DNA of 64,000 bases from Terriglobales bacterium (GTDB lineage: Bacteria; Acidobacteriota; Terriglobia; Terriglobales; Acidobacteriaceae). Below, in pieces: positions 44,500 to 53,672 of this stretch. The position numbers and the translations under genes were made by a program. How positions within the stretch are numbered: the first letter of the stretch is position 1; the number at the start of each line of letters is the position of its first letter. Below the pieces are notes generated by a model. That model worked only from the letters and a program-made list of their open reading frames with translations. It was not told the origin of the DNA and did not search any database. The stretch is taken from the NCBI GenBank assembly GCA_035272945.1, contig DATEPX010000399.1, forward strand, positions 797 through 64,796, read 5' to 3'.

Positions 44500-46047
44500 C
44501 TACTCGGAAGCTGCCTCGCGGCTGTCGTCTTCGATCAGCTTGAACCGGTTACGTTGCGCTTGTTCCCTCCCCGCGTCTTCCCGGAGTTCTGCTAGCCGCT
44601 TCAGCAGCGGAGGAATCTCACTTGTGTTGCCGGTCCTCCGCAATGCCTGGATCAGGTGATACACTGCGGCCTGATTTTTCGGATCATCCCTCAATGCCTT
44701 TCTGCACTGCTCCATTGCTTCCTTATATTGGCCGGACAGCAGATAGAGTTTTGCCAGGACGCCGCGCGCTTCGGAAAGACTTGGTTGCAGGGCGACTGCC
44801 TTCCTAGCTGAACGTATGGCTAATTCGAAGTCGGGGGAACCCGGGCTTGCGCCGTTCTGCAGTCGAAGATCGGCTTCAAGATACAGGAGCACAGGATCCT
44901 CAGGGTTCCGCTTCAACTTGTCGTTGACCGTGGTCAAGGCGCGGCCGAAATCATTTTCTTGCACAGCCGCCACGGCCAAGGCGGCTGAACTGAGCGACTC
45001 ACGCGGATCAATTTCGTGCGCCTTGTCGAGGTCGGCCTCAGCGTTGTCATACTGGCCCAGCTGAACATAGAGGACTCCTCGCGCCAAGTATAGTGGTGCC
45101 GCATTCGGCTGTAAGCCAATGCCGTCGCTGAGTGCATTCACACCCACCTGAAATGAGCTGTGTTCATAACAAAGGTGCGCGAAATCCAGATAGAGGTTCA
45201 CATCATTGGGATCCGCCACAATCGCCTTTTGCAGTGTGCTGACTGCCTGCTCGGTATTGCCGGCGTCCTCATACGCGGACGCGGCAAGATCTAAGGTTGC
45301 GGTGTCACCCGCATCGAGCAACGGCCTGAGGGTGCGCAGCGCCTCTTGCGGTTGATGCGCCATGAGTTGGACGGATGCCAATAAACGGCGCTCCTCGCTA
45401 TCGTCCGGCCGAAGCGCAAGAGCTTGCTGAAAAACTGCTGCCGCAGAATCGAGTTGTTTGAGCCGCATCAGGCAAATGCCGCGGGCATGCAGCGCCGGCA
45501 AACGCGAATCGAGCAAGCTGCCGGCTCTCTCAAAGTGGGCGACCGCTGCAGCACAGTCTCCGCGCCTGTACTCGAGAACAGCCAACATCGCATGAGCTAT
45601 GCGATCCTCGGGCCGTAAACGGAGCACGTGCTGGATGAGCGGGATCGCCCTAGAGCTGCCGCTGTCGTACTCAATTTGAGCAGCTCCCTTCAGTGCGGGA
45701 AGATAATCAGGAGAGATTTTCAGTGCCTTGTTATAGGACAGCAATGCTTCCTTCTGCTTCATTTGGCCCAGGTAGGTGCCGCCCTGCATCGTCCATAATT
45801 CCGGGTCGGCCGGCCGCTGCTGCAGTGCGGCTCTGAGCAACTGCAGGGCTTGACCGAATTGGCGATTCTGCAGCGCCGCCGCGATTGCTTGCTTCTGCCC
45901 TTCGCCGGTTTGGCCGAAACCAGAGGCCAAGAGGACAAGAACAAGTCCCGCGGCACCGATGCGCTTCTGTGCGTGAACCAGGATCGCGAATCCAAGCATG
46001 GGTTTTAAATCCAGCCTTGATAGCTTGATTGCAGACGCGGAAATCAT
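44500..46047 (-). CDS. Secreted TPR-repeat protein (paralog of 51552-53048)
   Basis: TPR units run throughout the protein. By eye it is ~50% identical to the TPR protein at 51552-53048 (ALKISPDYLPALKGAAQ.../ALKISPDYIAALAGAGQ...). Confidence 0.85.
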   Translation of the reverse strand: MISASAIKLSRLDLKPMLGFAILVHAQKRIGAAGLVLVLLASGFGQTGEGQKQAIAAALQNRQFGQALQLLRAALQQRPADPELWTMQGGTYLGQMKQKEALLSYNKALKISPDYLPALKGAAQIEYDSGSSRAIPLIQHVLRLRPEDRIAHAMLAVLEYRRGDCAAAVAHFERAGSLLDSRLPALHARGICLMRLKQLDSAAAVFQQALALRPDDSEERRLLASVQLMAHQPQEALRTLRPLLDAGDTATLDLAASAYEDAGNTEQAVSTLQKAIVADPNDVNLYLDFAHLCYEHSSFQVGVNALSDGIGLQPNAAPLYLARGVLYVQLGQYDNAEADLDKAHEIDPRESLSSAALAVAAVQENDFGRALTTVNDKLKRNPEDPVLLYLEADLRLQNGASPGSPDFELAIRSARKAVALQPSLSEARGVLAKLYLLSGQYKEAMEQCRKALRDDPKNQAAVYHLIQALRRTGNTSEIPPLLKRLAELREDAGREQAQRNRFKLIEDDSREAASE

Positions 46048-46157
46048 TCTGGCCTATCAGTCTGGAACCAGATCATCCGGAATCCTTCGCGAGAAAAGGA
46101 AGAGCCCCGACACCCTGGTCGGAGCGTCGAAGCCGTGGTTTTTTCGATCACATCGGG

Positions 46158-49100
46158 TCAAAACGTAATGCGAGCTCCGATCTGCCAATTTCGCGGCAAT
46201 TGCTGGGCCGTCGCCAAACCAAAACTCCCGTCTGCCAGGTTGGTATCAAAGCTCGTCAGGTTTACGCGGTTGAAGATGTTGAAGAACTCGAACCGCAGTT
46301 GGAGATTAACCCTCTCGGTGAGACCTGTATCTTTATAGAAGTTCAGGTCCGTCTCGATAAAGTTAGGAGAGCGGAACTGGTTGGCGCGCTCATTGCCTTC
46401 CGAGCCAAATGCAGGCTGAGAGAATTGGCCAGCAGCAAAGGCACCGTGGAGAAAGGCGTTCTTTGACGTTCCTTGGCTGTAGTTGCTGACATTCGGATAA
46501 TCAAGGCCTACGCCGCCAGTACCGCCGGTGTCTCCATCAGCGTTGTAATCGCCGCTGCGTGGACCATATCCAATGAAAGGATTCCCCGCCGAGGGGCAGT
46601 TGGTCGGACTCGCGCAAACACCCTGGAAACTTGCCGTGGTCCAGACCATTGCCGGATACCCACTCTGGGCGATGCTGGTGCCACTAATTCCCCAACCGCC
46701 GGTGACGCGACCTAAAGCACCTTTGCCGTTGTTCAGGCCCGGAAGCTGGTAGTTGAGGGTGAGCGAAAAACGGTTCGGCACGTCCCAGGGAGACGGCCCG
46801 TAATACTGGTTTGGATCTGCTTCGGCGGGATATGCCGAGGCATCGTCTTTGGAACTGGAGCGAGTGTAAGAAGCGTCAAAGAACCCACGCCTTGAGAAAC
46901 GCCCCTTTAGTTCGAAATACACGCTCTCATAGTTACTGCGGCGGTTATTGTCGGTGTATCCGATCGACCCGAAGCTCGGGTTGAGCCGAGTCGGGGACAA
47001 GCTATTGTGTTGGATCAAGTCGCCGGCGAAGGCATTAATATCCTGGCCGTAACTGACCACCCCGGCCTGATCACCACCACCAACCAGGTGGTAGCCGTGC
47101 GATCCCGAATATCCCATGGCCGCCGAGTAGTTGGCGCCGATTTTTCGTTCCAACGTGAGCGACCAAATATCAGCCCTGGGGGATTTCAGGTTGGGGTTGA
47201 TAGCCCCAATTCCAAAGTTGCCACCTACAATGCCCCCTTGCGAATTCAGACAACCGCTGGGGCCAAGCGTACGACATATGGGCGATCCCGCCAAGGCCGG
47301 ATACGTAAACCCGAATGGGGGCTTCCCACCGGTTCCCAGCACGAAAACCGGAGGAGTGGCCGTGCCTGCGGTAAACGTGGGAACAATCGGACCGGGTGGA
47401 CTGCCACGAAATTCCTCCTGCACGTTGGCTGAGGTGAGCCAGTTGTTATACAGACCGAAGCCACCGCGTATAACGGTGTTTCCACTGCCCGTGATGTCCC
47501 AAGCGAATCCCACACGCGGGCTCAGAAGGTTATTCAGTGTGTGGTTAAGCGCGTTGTGGGTTGACTTGGCAAAACCATTGGCAACCTGCTCGTGAAAAGT
47601 CTGACCCGGGCCTGGATAGAAGTTCCCAAACACCGTGGTTTGGCTCTTGGACCAAGGATTGCCTTCGTCATCCCAGCGCAAGCCTAAGGTCAGGGTGAGA
47701 TTTTTTCGGGCTCTCCAAGTATCTTCCGCGAACATGCCCCAAGTTCGCGAAGCGGCATTCCATGACCACAAAACAGGTTTTCCGGTGATGGGGTCGTACA
47801 TGACATGGTTTTCGCTGTGAGGATTGTCCTGCGCCAGTGCCAGGAGATTGTCGAAGTTGAAGGTCGGCTGCGACCACGGTCCCTGGAAGGGCTCGACATC
47901 ATCTCCGTACCAACCTTCGTAACCAAACTTCAAGGTGTGAGTACGGCGGACGTGGGTCAACACATCGCGCCAGTGGTAGTTGTGCTGAATGAAATCCCCT
48001 TGTGCGAAACCCACACCAAACGCCTGTCCAGCTTCGGTGTTGATACCCTGGACCGCGATCGAAGGAACCGAGTAGTCCTTCGCTCCGCTGCCCAGTACAC
48101 CCTCGACCCGGTTCGCCCCGAAGATAGCTTCGTTCAGCGTCGTAGGCGAAAAGTTGTGTGTGTAATTCACCTGGAAAGCACGCTGCCAGTTGTTGTTCAG
48201 CGCCGAGAACGCTGGAACCGCCGAAGCCGCGCCGTAGTTCAATAACGTTCGGTAGAAACTTCCGTAGATGCGGTCGTTCTTGAAGTACTTATCGATGCGG
48301 ACGAAATACTGAGTACCGTTACGGATTTGCGGAGCACTGAAGTTGCCTTGGTCGACGAAAGGCATATTACACGGCAGATTGTTTGTCGCGGCGGTACCGC
48401 ACCCCGAAATAGTGGATGCTGTGGACTGTACGCTAACGCCGCCCACACCAGTCGGAAGATACGTCGAGAGCACCTTGGTTCCCACAGTATTGGGGTAATT
48501 TTGCTGTGCCCACGTAATGAACTGCGGGTCTGCGAACGTAATTAAGGAGTTCGTAGCTAGGGACGAGCGCAATGGCTCGACCGCGAAGTAGAAAAAGAAT
48601 TGGCGGTGAGGAACAATCGGGCCGCCCACGGAGAATGACATGTTGTTGCCGTGGAACGGCAGGTAACCCTTAGGATTGGTGAAGTGGGTCTTGGCAAACC
48701 AGTTCTGGTAGTAGAACCAATCAGCGGCTGAGCCATGAAACTGGTCCGATCCCGACTTGGTGGTCAACACTTCTTGCACGCCGGTAGCCCGGCTGTACTC
48801 GCTGGAATACGTGTTGACCTGCACGCTAGTTTCTTGAATTGATTCCGGATTTGGTGTCAGATTCAAAACTCCCTGGCGAATGCCGCTGGTTACGTCGAGG
48901 CCATCGATCACGTACATGTTCGACATCTGCCCCTGACCGTTGGCGCTGGCATCCACCTGCGTCTCGGTCGAGTAGTTGTCCACACCCGAGCCCGGCGTTC
49001 CCGCTTTGCCCGGCTGTCCGCCGCCCATCGTCCCCAAACCGGAGACACCTGGTGCCAAGGTAGTTAGTGTAACGAGGTTGCGACCGGGAACGGGCAATTG

Positions 49101-49535
49101 CGCGACAGCATTGTTCTCGAGAGTAAGCTCGTTACGGCTGTCAGCGGTATCAACCACAGGCGTCTCCGCAGTCACTGTCACCGCCTCGGTCGCAGCGCCG
49201 ACCTTCAGCGTCAGCGGCACGCTCAAGTTCTGTTCGGTCAAGAGTCTAACCGTAGCTGCCGACTTCGAGAAGCCCGGCGCCTCAGCAGTTAGCTTGTAGG
49301 ATCCGGGCGCGAGACTTACGAAGCGATAATTGCCCGATGCGTCCGTCGCGGTACTCGCCGCCACCTGCGTCGCGTTGTTGACCAAAGTGACGGCAGCCTT
49401 AGGTACTCCAGCCCCCGTCTGATCGATCACGATTCCCTGAATACTACCGGTGAACTGCGCCCGGGCAGTAAGGGAGAGGAGTAACGTCAAACCTAACCCA
49501 CGCACGAAGACAGAGAACCTCGAGGCATCTCGCAT
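46158..49535 (-). CDS. TonB-dependent receptor with a carboxypeptidase-regulatory-like domain
   Basis: I chose ATG 49535, which gives the signal peptide MRDASRFSVFVRGLGLTLLLSLTARAQ. The CarboxypepD_reg domain reads IQGIVIDQTGAGVPKAAVTLVNNATQ...GNYRFVSLAPGSYKLTAEAPGF. The plug reads LPVPGRNLVTLTTLAPGVSG. The barrel ends ...NIFNRVNLTSF...NWQIGARITF. Confidence 0.9.
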   Translation of the reverse strand: MRDASRFSVFVRGLGLTLLLSLTARAQFTGSIQGIVIDQTGAGVPKAAVTLVNNATQVAASTATDASGNYRFVSLAPGSYKLTAEAPGFSKSAATVRLLTEQNLSVPLTLKVGAATEAVTVTAETPVVDTADSRNELTLENNAVAQLPVPGRNLVTLTTLAPGVSGLGTMGGGQPGKAGTPGSGVDNYSTETQVDASANGQGQMSNMYVIDGLDVTSGIRQGVLNLTPNPESIQETSVQVNTYSSEYSRATGVQEVLTTKSGSDQFHGSAADWFYYQNWFAKTHFTNPKGYLPFHGNNMSFSVGGPIVPHRQFFFYFAVEPLRSSLATNSLITFADPQFITWAQQNYPNTVGTKVLSTYLPTGVGGVSVQSTASTISGCGTAATNNLPCNMPFVDQGNFSAPQIRNGTQYFVRIDKYFKNDRIYGSFYRTLLNYGAASAVPAFSALNNNWQRAFQVNYTHNFSPTTLNEAIFGANRVEGVLGSGAKDYSVPSIAVQGINTEAGQAFGVGFAQGDFIQHNYHWRDVLTHVRRTHTLKFGYEGWYGDDVEPFQGPWSQPTFNFDNLLALAQDNPHSENHVMYDPITGKPVLWSWNAASRTWGMFAEDTWRARKNLTLTLGLRWDDEGNPWSKSQTTVFGNFYPGPGQTFHEQVANGFAKSTHNALNHTLNNLLSPRVGFAWDITGSGNTVIRGGFGLYNNWLTSANVQEEFRGSPPGPIVPTFTAGTATPPVFVLGTGGKPPFGFTYPALAGSPICRTLGPSGCLNSQGGIVGGNFGIGAINPNLKSPRADIWSLTLERKIGANYSAAMGYSGSHGYHLVGGGDQAGVVSYGQDINAFAGDLIQHNSLSPTRLNPSFGSIGYTDNNRRSNYESVYFELKGRFSRRGFFDASYTRSSSKDDASAYPAEADPNQYYGPSPWDVPNRFSLTLNYQLPGLNNGKGALGRVTGGWGISGTSIAQSGYPAMVWTTASFQGVCASPTNCPSAGNPFIGYGPRSGDYNADGDTGGTGGVGLDYPNVSNYSQGTSKNAFLHGAFAAGQFSQPAFGSEGNERANQFRSPNFIETDLNFYKDTGLTERVNLQLRFEFFNIFNRVNLTSFDTNLADGSFGLATAQQLPRNWQIGARITF

Positions 49536-49674
49536 AAATCCCCCCGCAGCAGGATGATTGGTCCCCCAAACGCAGTGCAGTAAACGTTTTCTCGGGGCAG
49601 CTTTATACAACCGCCGACCCTTGGTGTCAAGAATTTTCGCAGGGCTTGTAGCCAGTCGAGGCCCGGTCAGCTTG

Positions 49675-51438
49675 TTAGCGCGCCCATCCTTTACCGGGCA
49701 CCGGCCCCGCACCTTCGCGAAGGGTGAGAAGTTGGTTGGCGGCTACATGTTTGTACTTCTCGTGCAGGCCGCTAGGCCAGAATACCTCGACGTCAGCCGC
49801 TGTGGATGGACCTAAGCCGAAATGCAGGCGGGGATCATTGCAGGAGTAAAAGCTGGATTGGCTGAGCAGGGCTTGCGCTTGTTTCTTGCCGCCATAATGC
49901 ACAACTACGCGCGCGCCGATCGCACTTCGGTTGGATTTCACTCCTTCCAGTTTGATCTTGATCCAGTTCTGGCTTCCCGTCAGATCGTTACGCAGTAGCG
50001 AGGGAGGCTCATTCAGGTTGACGACAAGGATGTCCACGTCGCCGTCGTTGTCGAAATCCCCGAAAGCACAGCCGCGACTGCAATGGGCGTCCGCCACACC
50101 TGGACCGGCGGTCTCGGTAAGCTCTTCAAACTTGCCATCGCCTAGATTGCGAAACACCGCTCGTGGCGTTTTGTGAGCGTACTGCGGGAGCTTCTTCTCA
50201 ACCTCCGGGTATACGTTTCCCGTCACCATGAACAGGTCGGGATTGCCGTCGTTATCAAGGTCGATGATTCCCGCACCCCAGCATACGTAGCGAGTTTCAA
50301 CTCCCAGCCGCGAGGTTCGAGTCACATCGTCGAAATTTCCCGTTCCGTCATTGCGATAAAGGACGCTTGCATCATCGGCAAAGTGAGTCTTGAAGAGATC
50401 AAGATGCCCATCCAGATCGTAGTCGCCGACGCCTACGCCCATTCCGGCCTGCTCGGCGCCATCATCGCTGAGCGCCACGCCTCGCAGTACACCCTCTTCG
50501 CGAAATGTGCCGTCGTGATTGTTCATGAAGAGCAGACTGGGCGTGGAGTCGCAAGCCACATAAATGTCGGGCCAGCCGTCTTCATCCAGGTCAGCCGCAA
50601 TTACGGTCATCCCGTACGATTGCGTGGCTTTGGTGATGCCGGCCTGTTGACTGACGTCGGTGAAGGTTCCGTCGCCATGGTTGCGATACAGGGAATGCTG
50701 TCCCGTGGGTAGCCCCCGCGGTCCGCACAGCACGGGGAGCCCTTTCCAGTTACAAGTGCTGTTCGCTCCGGGAACAGGGGCGTGTTCGAACGAGAAGCGA
50801 ACATAATTTGAGACGAATAAATCGAGGTGGCCGTCGCGGTTGTAGTCCAGGAAACTGCAGCCCGCTCCCCAGCGGGGCTGGGCATTCCAGATTCCGGCTT
50901 CTTTGGTCACATCGGTAAAAGTTCCGTCACGGTTGTTGCGATAGAGCCGGTTTTGACCGAAGAAAGTAACGAACAAGTCCTCGAACCCGTCGTTGTTGTA
51001 GTCACCAACGCATACGCTTGAGGCCCAGCCAACAGCCTTCAACCCCGCTTTTTCCGTGATATCAGTGAAGGTGCCGTCGCGATTGTTCTTGTAGAGCCGG
51101 TTGCCTGCATTGGCCGGAGCGCCATCGAGGCGCGTGCCGGAAAGCAGGAAGATATCCATCCAGCCATCGTTGTCGTAATCAATGAAAGCGCAGCCGCAAC
51201 CCATTGTTTCCACGATGTACTTCTTGCTCTCCGTCCCGCCGTAGATAATCGGTGCTCCTAGACCGGCTGATGCAGCGACATCAACCAACTTCGCGTTGAA
51301 CGGCCGCCCGGAAGGTGCCGGCCTTGCCAAAGGCTTCGCGGTATGGGACGAAACACCCTGCGCAAACAGGCGGCGGGTGGTCCATGACACGGCGGAGCAC
51401 GCCGAAAGCTGAATGAAAGTCCTGCGGCTGAAGGTCAT
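49675..51438 (-). CDS. CRTAC1-family protein (FG-GAP/VCBS repeats + ASPIC/UnbV domain), Tat-secreted
   Basis: The Tat motif is SRRTFIQLSA. The repeat (Y/F)xNNxDGTFTDVT...G...(D/N)YDNDGxxDL(F/Y) occurs several times. The C-terminal ASPIC/UnbV part reads WIKIKLEGVKSNRSAIGARVVVHYGGKKQ...SQSSFYSCNDPRLHFGLG. Confidence 0.9.
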   Translation of the reverse strand: MTFSRRTFIQLSACSAVSWTTRRLFAQGVSSHTAKPLARPAPSGRPFNAKLVDVAASAGLGAPIIYGGTESKKYIVETMGCGCAFIDYDNDGWMDIFLLSGTRLDGAPANAGNRLYKNNRDGTFTDITEKAGLKAVGWASSVCVGDYNNDGFEDLFVTFFGQNRLYRNNRDGTFTDVTKEAGIWNAQPRWGAGCSFLDYNRDGHLDLFVSNYVRFSFEHAPVPGANSTCNWKGLPVLCGPRGLPTGQHSLYRNHGDGTFTDVSQQAGITKATQSYGMTVIAADLDEDGWPDIYVACDSTPSLLFMNNHDGTFREEGVLRGVALSDDGAEQAGMGVGVGDYDLDGHLDLFKTHFADDASVLYRNDGTGNFDDVTRTSRLGVETRYVCWGAGIIDLDNDGNPDLFMVTGNVYPEVEKKLPQYAHKTPRAVFRNLGDGKFEELTETAGPGVADAHCSRGCAFGDFDNDGDVDILVVNLNEPPSLLRNDLTGSQNWIKIKLEGVKSNRSAIGARVVVHYGGKKQAQALLSQSSFYSCNDPRLHFGLGPSTAADVEVFWPSGLHEKYKHVAANQLLTLREGAGPVPGKGWAR

Positions 51439-51551
51439 TTACAGAAGCCGAGACTCCCCATGGATTATTGAAGAAATCTTCGTCCGATTATCTCCACGCG
51501 GTCGGTTTGAGTAAAGGTTTTCGCAAAAAGGGGTTCTCCGCCCGGTCTGAC

Positions 51552-53048
51552 TTATTGCCGGGCCGGTTCCCCGGCCTGGCTTTCACCTCCGGCAAGCTTG
51601 TACCGGTAGCGTTCTCTATCCTCTTTGGCCGCCTGCTCGCGGAGGTCTGCTAGCCGCTTCAGCAGTGCCGGAATTTCTTCTTTTTTCCCCGTCTTGCGCA
51701 GTGCCTGGATCAGGCGATACACGCTGGTCTGATCTTTGGGATCGATCTCCAGCGCTTTCCTGGACTCCACGATCGCATCTTGGAGCTTTCCAGCCTGCAT
51801 ATACAGCTTGGCGAGGACCGCCCGGGCCGGAGCGAGGGATGGCTGCAAGGACACCGACTTCGTGGCCGAATGCAGGGCCGCTTGAAATTCCGGAGTTCCC
51901 GGGTCCACACCTTTTTGCGTGAGAAAGTCAGCCTGTAAATAAAGGAGGTACGCATCATTCGGCTTTTTTGCCAGCTTCGTCTGAATCTCGGCCAGGGCGC
52001 GCCCGATATCATTCTGCTGTAACGCGGCCAAGCCCTGAGCGGCTGCACTTAGAGACTGGTTGGGATCTAGTTCGTGAGCGCGCTCAAAATCGGCTTCCGC
52101 GCTTTGGTAATCAGCTAGTTGGACGTAGAGAACGCCGCGTGCCAGATAAAGTTCCGCCGCATTCGGTTGGACGCGCATGCCATCGCTTACGACGTCAATG
52201 CCAACCTTGAAGGACTGGTGCGCCAGACACATGCTGGCAAAATCCAGATAAAGATTTACGTCCTGGGGATCGAGCAGGATGGCCTGTCGCAACGAGCTGA
52301 CCGCGCGCGGAGTCTCCCCGGCATCCTCGTAGGCTGTGGAAGCCAGTTCCAATGTGCTCGCGTCTGGACTGTCAGCGTGCAGCACTGGCTCTAACGTCGC
52401 GATGGCATCCTGAGGCTTTTTCGCCATCACCTGGACGGACGCCAGAATTTGACGTTCGTGTCGGTCATCCGGCTTTAACGTGACGGTGTGCTGGAAAACT
52501 TTTATCGCGTCATCCAACCTGCGCAGCCTAACCAGGCAGATTCCGTAAGCGTGTTGCGCATCACGCTGCGATTCCAGCAAAGCTCCACCTTTTTCGAAGT
52601 GCCCGACCGCCGCAGCGCACTTCCCCTCGCGATAGCTAAGAACCGCAAGCATAGCGTGGGCGGTTGGATCGTCGGGCCGCAACTGTACCAGGCGATTCAA
52701 CAGCGGCACCCCTTTCCGATCACCCGCTTGATAGTAGAGCTGGCCGGCGCCGGCCAGAGCCGCAATGTAGTCGGGAGAAATCTTCAGCGCTTGTTGGAAT
52801 GATTGGAGGGCGCGTTTGCGATCACCCTTGGAGGCGAACGCGATTCCCTGCAGGGACCAGAGTTGCGCATTCTTTGGTGTCCGCGTCAAAGCCGCCCGGC
52901 TAAGCTCGATTGCCCGGTCGAAATCGTGCGCTCTCAGTGCCGAGGTGATAGGCTCGACGTCGACTCTTTGAGCTTGGGCACAGGCGGACCCGAGGCAAGC
53001 CAAAATCAAAGCCGAGACACCAAGTCTATGGGAAAACACCGTTATCAC
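51552..53048 (-). CDS. Secreted TPR-repeat protein (possible lipoprotein)
   Basis: The N-terminus is MITVFSHRLGVSALILACLGSACAQ. TPR units run throughout the protein. It is the first gene of the minus-strand TPR-ASPIC-TBDR-TPR-GH127 array. Confidence 0.85.
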   Translation of the reverse strand: MITVFSHRLGVSALILACLGSACAQAQRVDVEPITSALRAHDFDRAIELSRAALTRTPKNAQLWSLQGIAFASKGDRKRALQSFQQALKISPDYIAALAGAGQLYYQAGDRKGVPLLNRLVQLRPDDPTAHAMLAVLSYREGKCAAAVGHFEKGGALLESQRDAQHAYGICLVRLRRLDDAIKVFQHTVTLKPDDRHERQILASVQVMAKKPQDAIATLEPVLHADSPDASTLELASTAYEDAGETPRAVSSLRQAILLDPQDVNLYLDFASMCLAHQSFKVGIDVVSDGMRVQPNAAELYLARGVLYVQLADYQSAEADFERAHELDPNQSLSAAAQGLAALQQNDIGRALAEIQTKLAKKPNDAYLLYLQADFLTQKGVDPGTPEFQAALHSATKSVSLQPSLAPARAVLAKLYMQAGKLQDAIVESRKALEIDPKDQTSVYRLIQALRKTGKKEEIPALLKRLADLREQAAKEDRERYRYKLAGGESQAGEPARQ

Positions 53049-53387
53049 CGCTGCTTGTCATGTGCGTAGCAAGAATATCCCATCCGGAAAGGTAACCGGC
53101 AAATTTGAGCCCTATTCTTACAAAATCGGCAGGGGGACGATCACGCTCCTCCCTTTAACACCACCAGGACAGGCGGGTGCGCATCTGGCGATTCAGTGAG
53201 TTAAACGGCAGGGGCTGTATCTTCAACTGGTCGTTCGCCGCAGGAAGTTCCACTCCTCTACAGGTCTCGGTTTTAAGCGTTGGAAGCAAGATTCGGTTCT
53301 TTCCGCGACTCGGTGGACTCGACCATCGCTGCGCGGCTTAACTCGCACAACTCTGCCAGTCCGGATCAAGCCTCGATCTACGCCCAA

Positions 53388-53672
53388 TCAGAAGCCTGCC
53401 GACAAGGCGTTCCATGGCCACGCGTCGACTTCGAACGCGTTGCCTGGCCGGGCCGCGGTTTTTCCATTCCAGGTTAAGTCTCTGGAAATGGAAAAGATAA
53501 TGCGATCCACACTTTCTACGTTCACGAAATACACCATGGGCCGAGTCCTTCTTCGCACTTCCACGAAGCAGCGCTCGATCACGTTAGCGGTGCGTAGTTT
53601 GCGCCACAGATGTCGGGGAAAGGCGAAGGCGGCACGTGACGAGAATGTCTTGTCCCATGGCCGTATCAGTTC
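53388..53672 (-). mobile_element. C-terminal remnant of an IS256 (Mutator) family transposase
   Basis: Directly after the helicase stop the frame reads ELIRPWDKTFSSRAAFAFPRHLWRKLRTANVIERCFVEVRRRTRPMVYFVNVESVDRIIFSI. It matches the IS256 C-terminal signature (FP.eHW..lRTtN.iEr.f.EirRRt.....f.n.es..Rl). The catalytic DDE region is absent. Confidence 0.65.
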
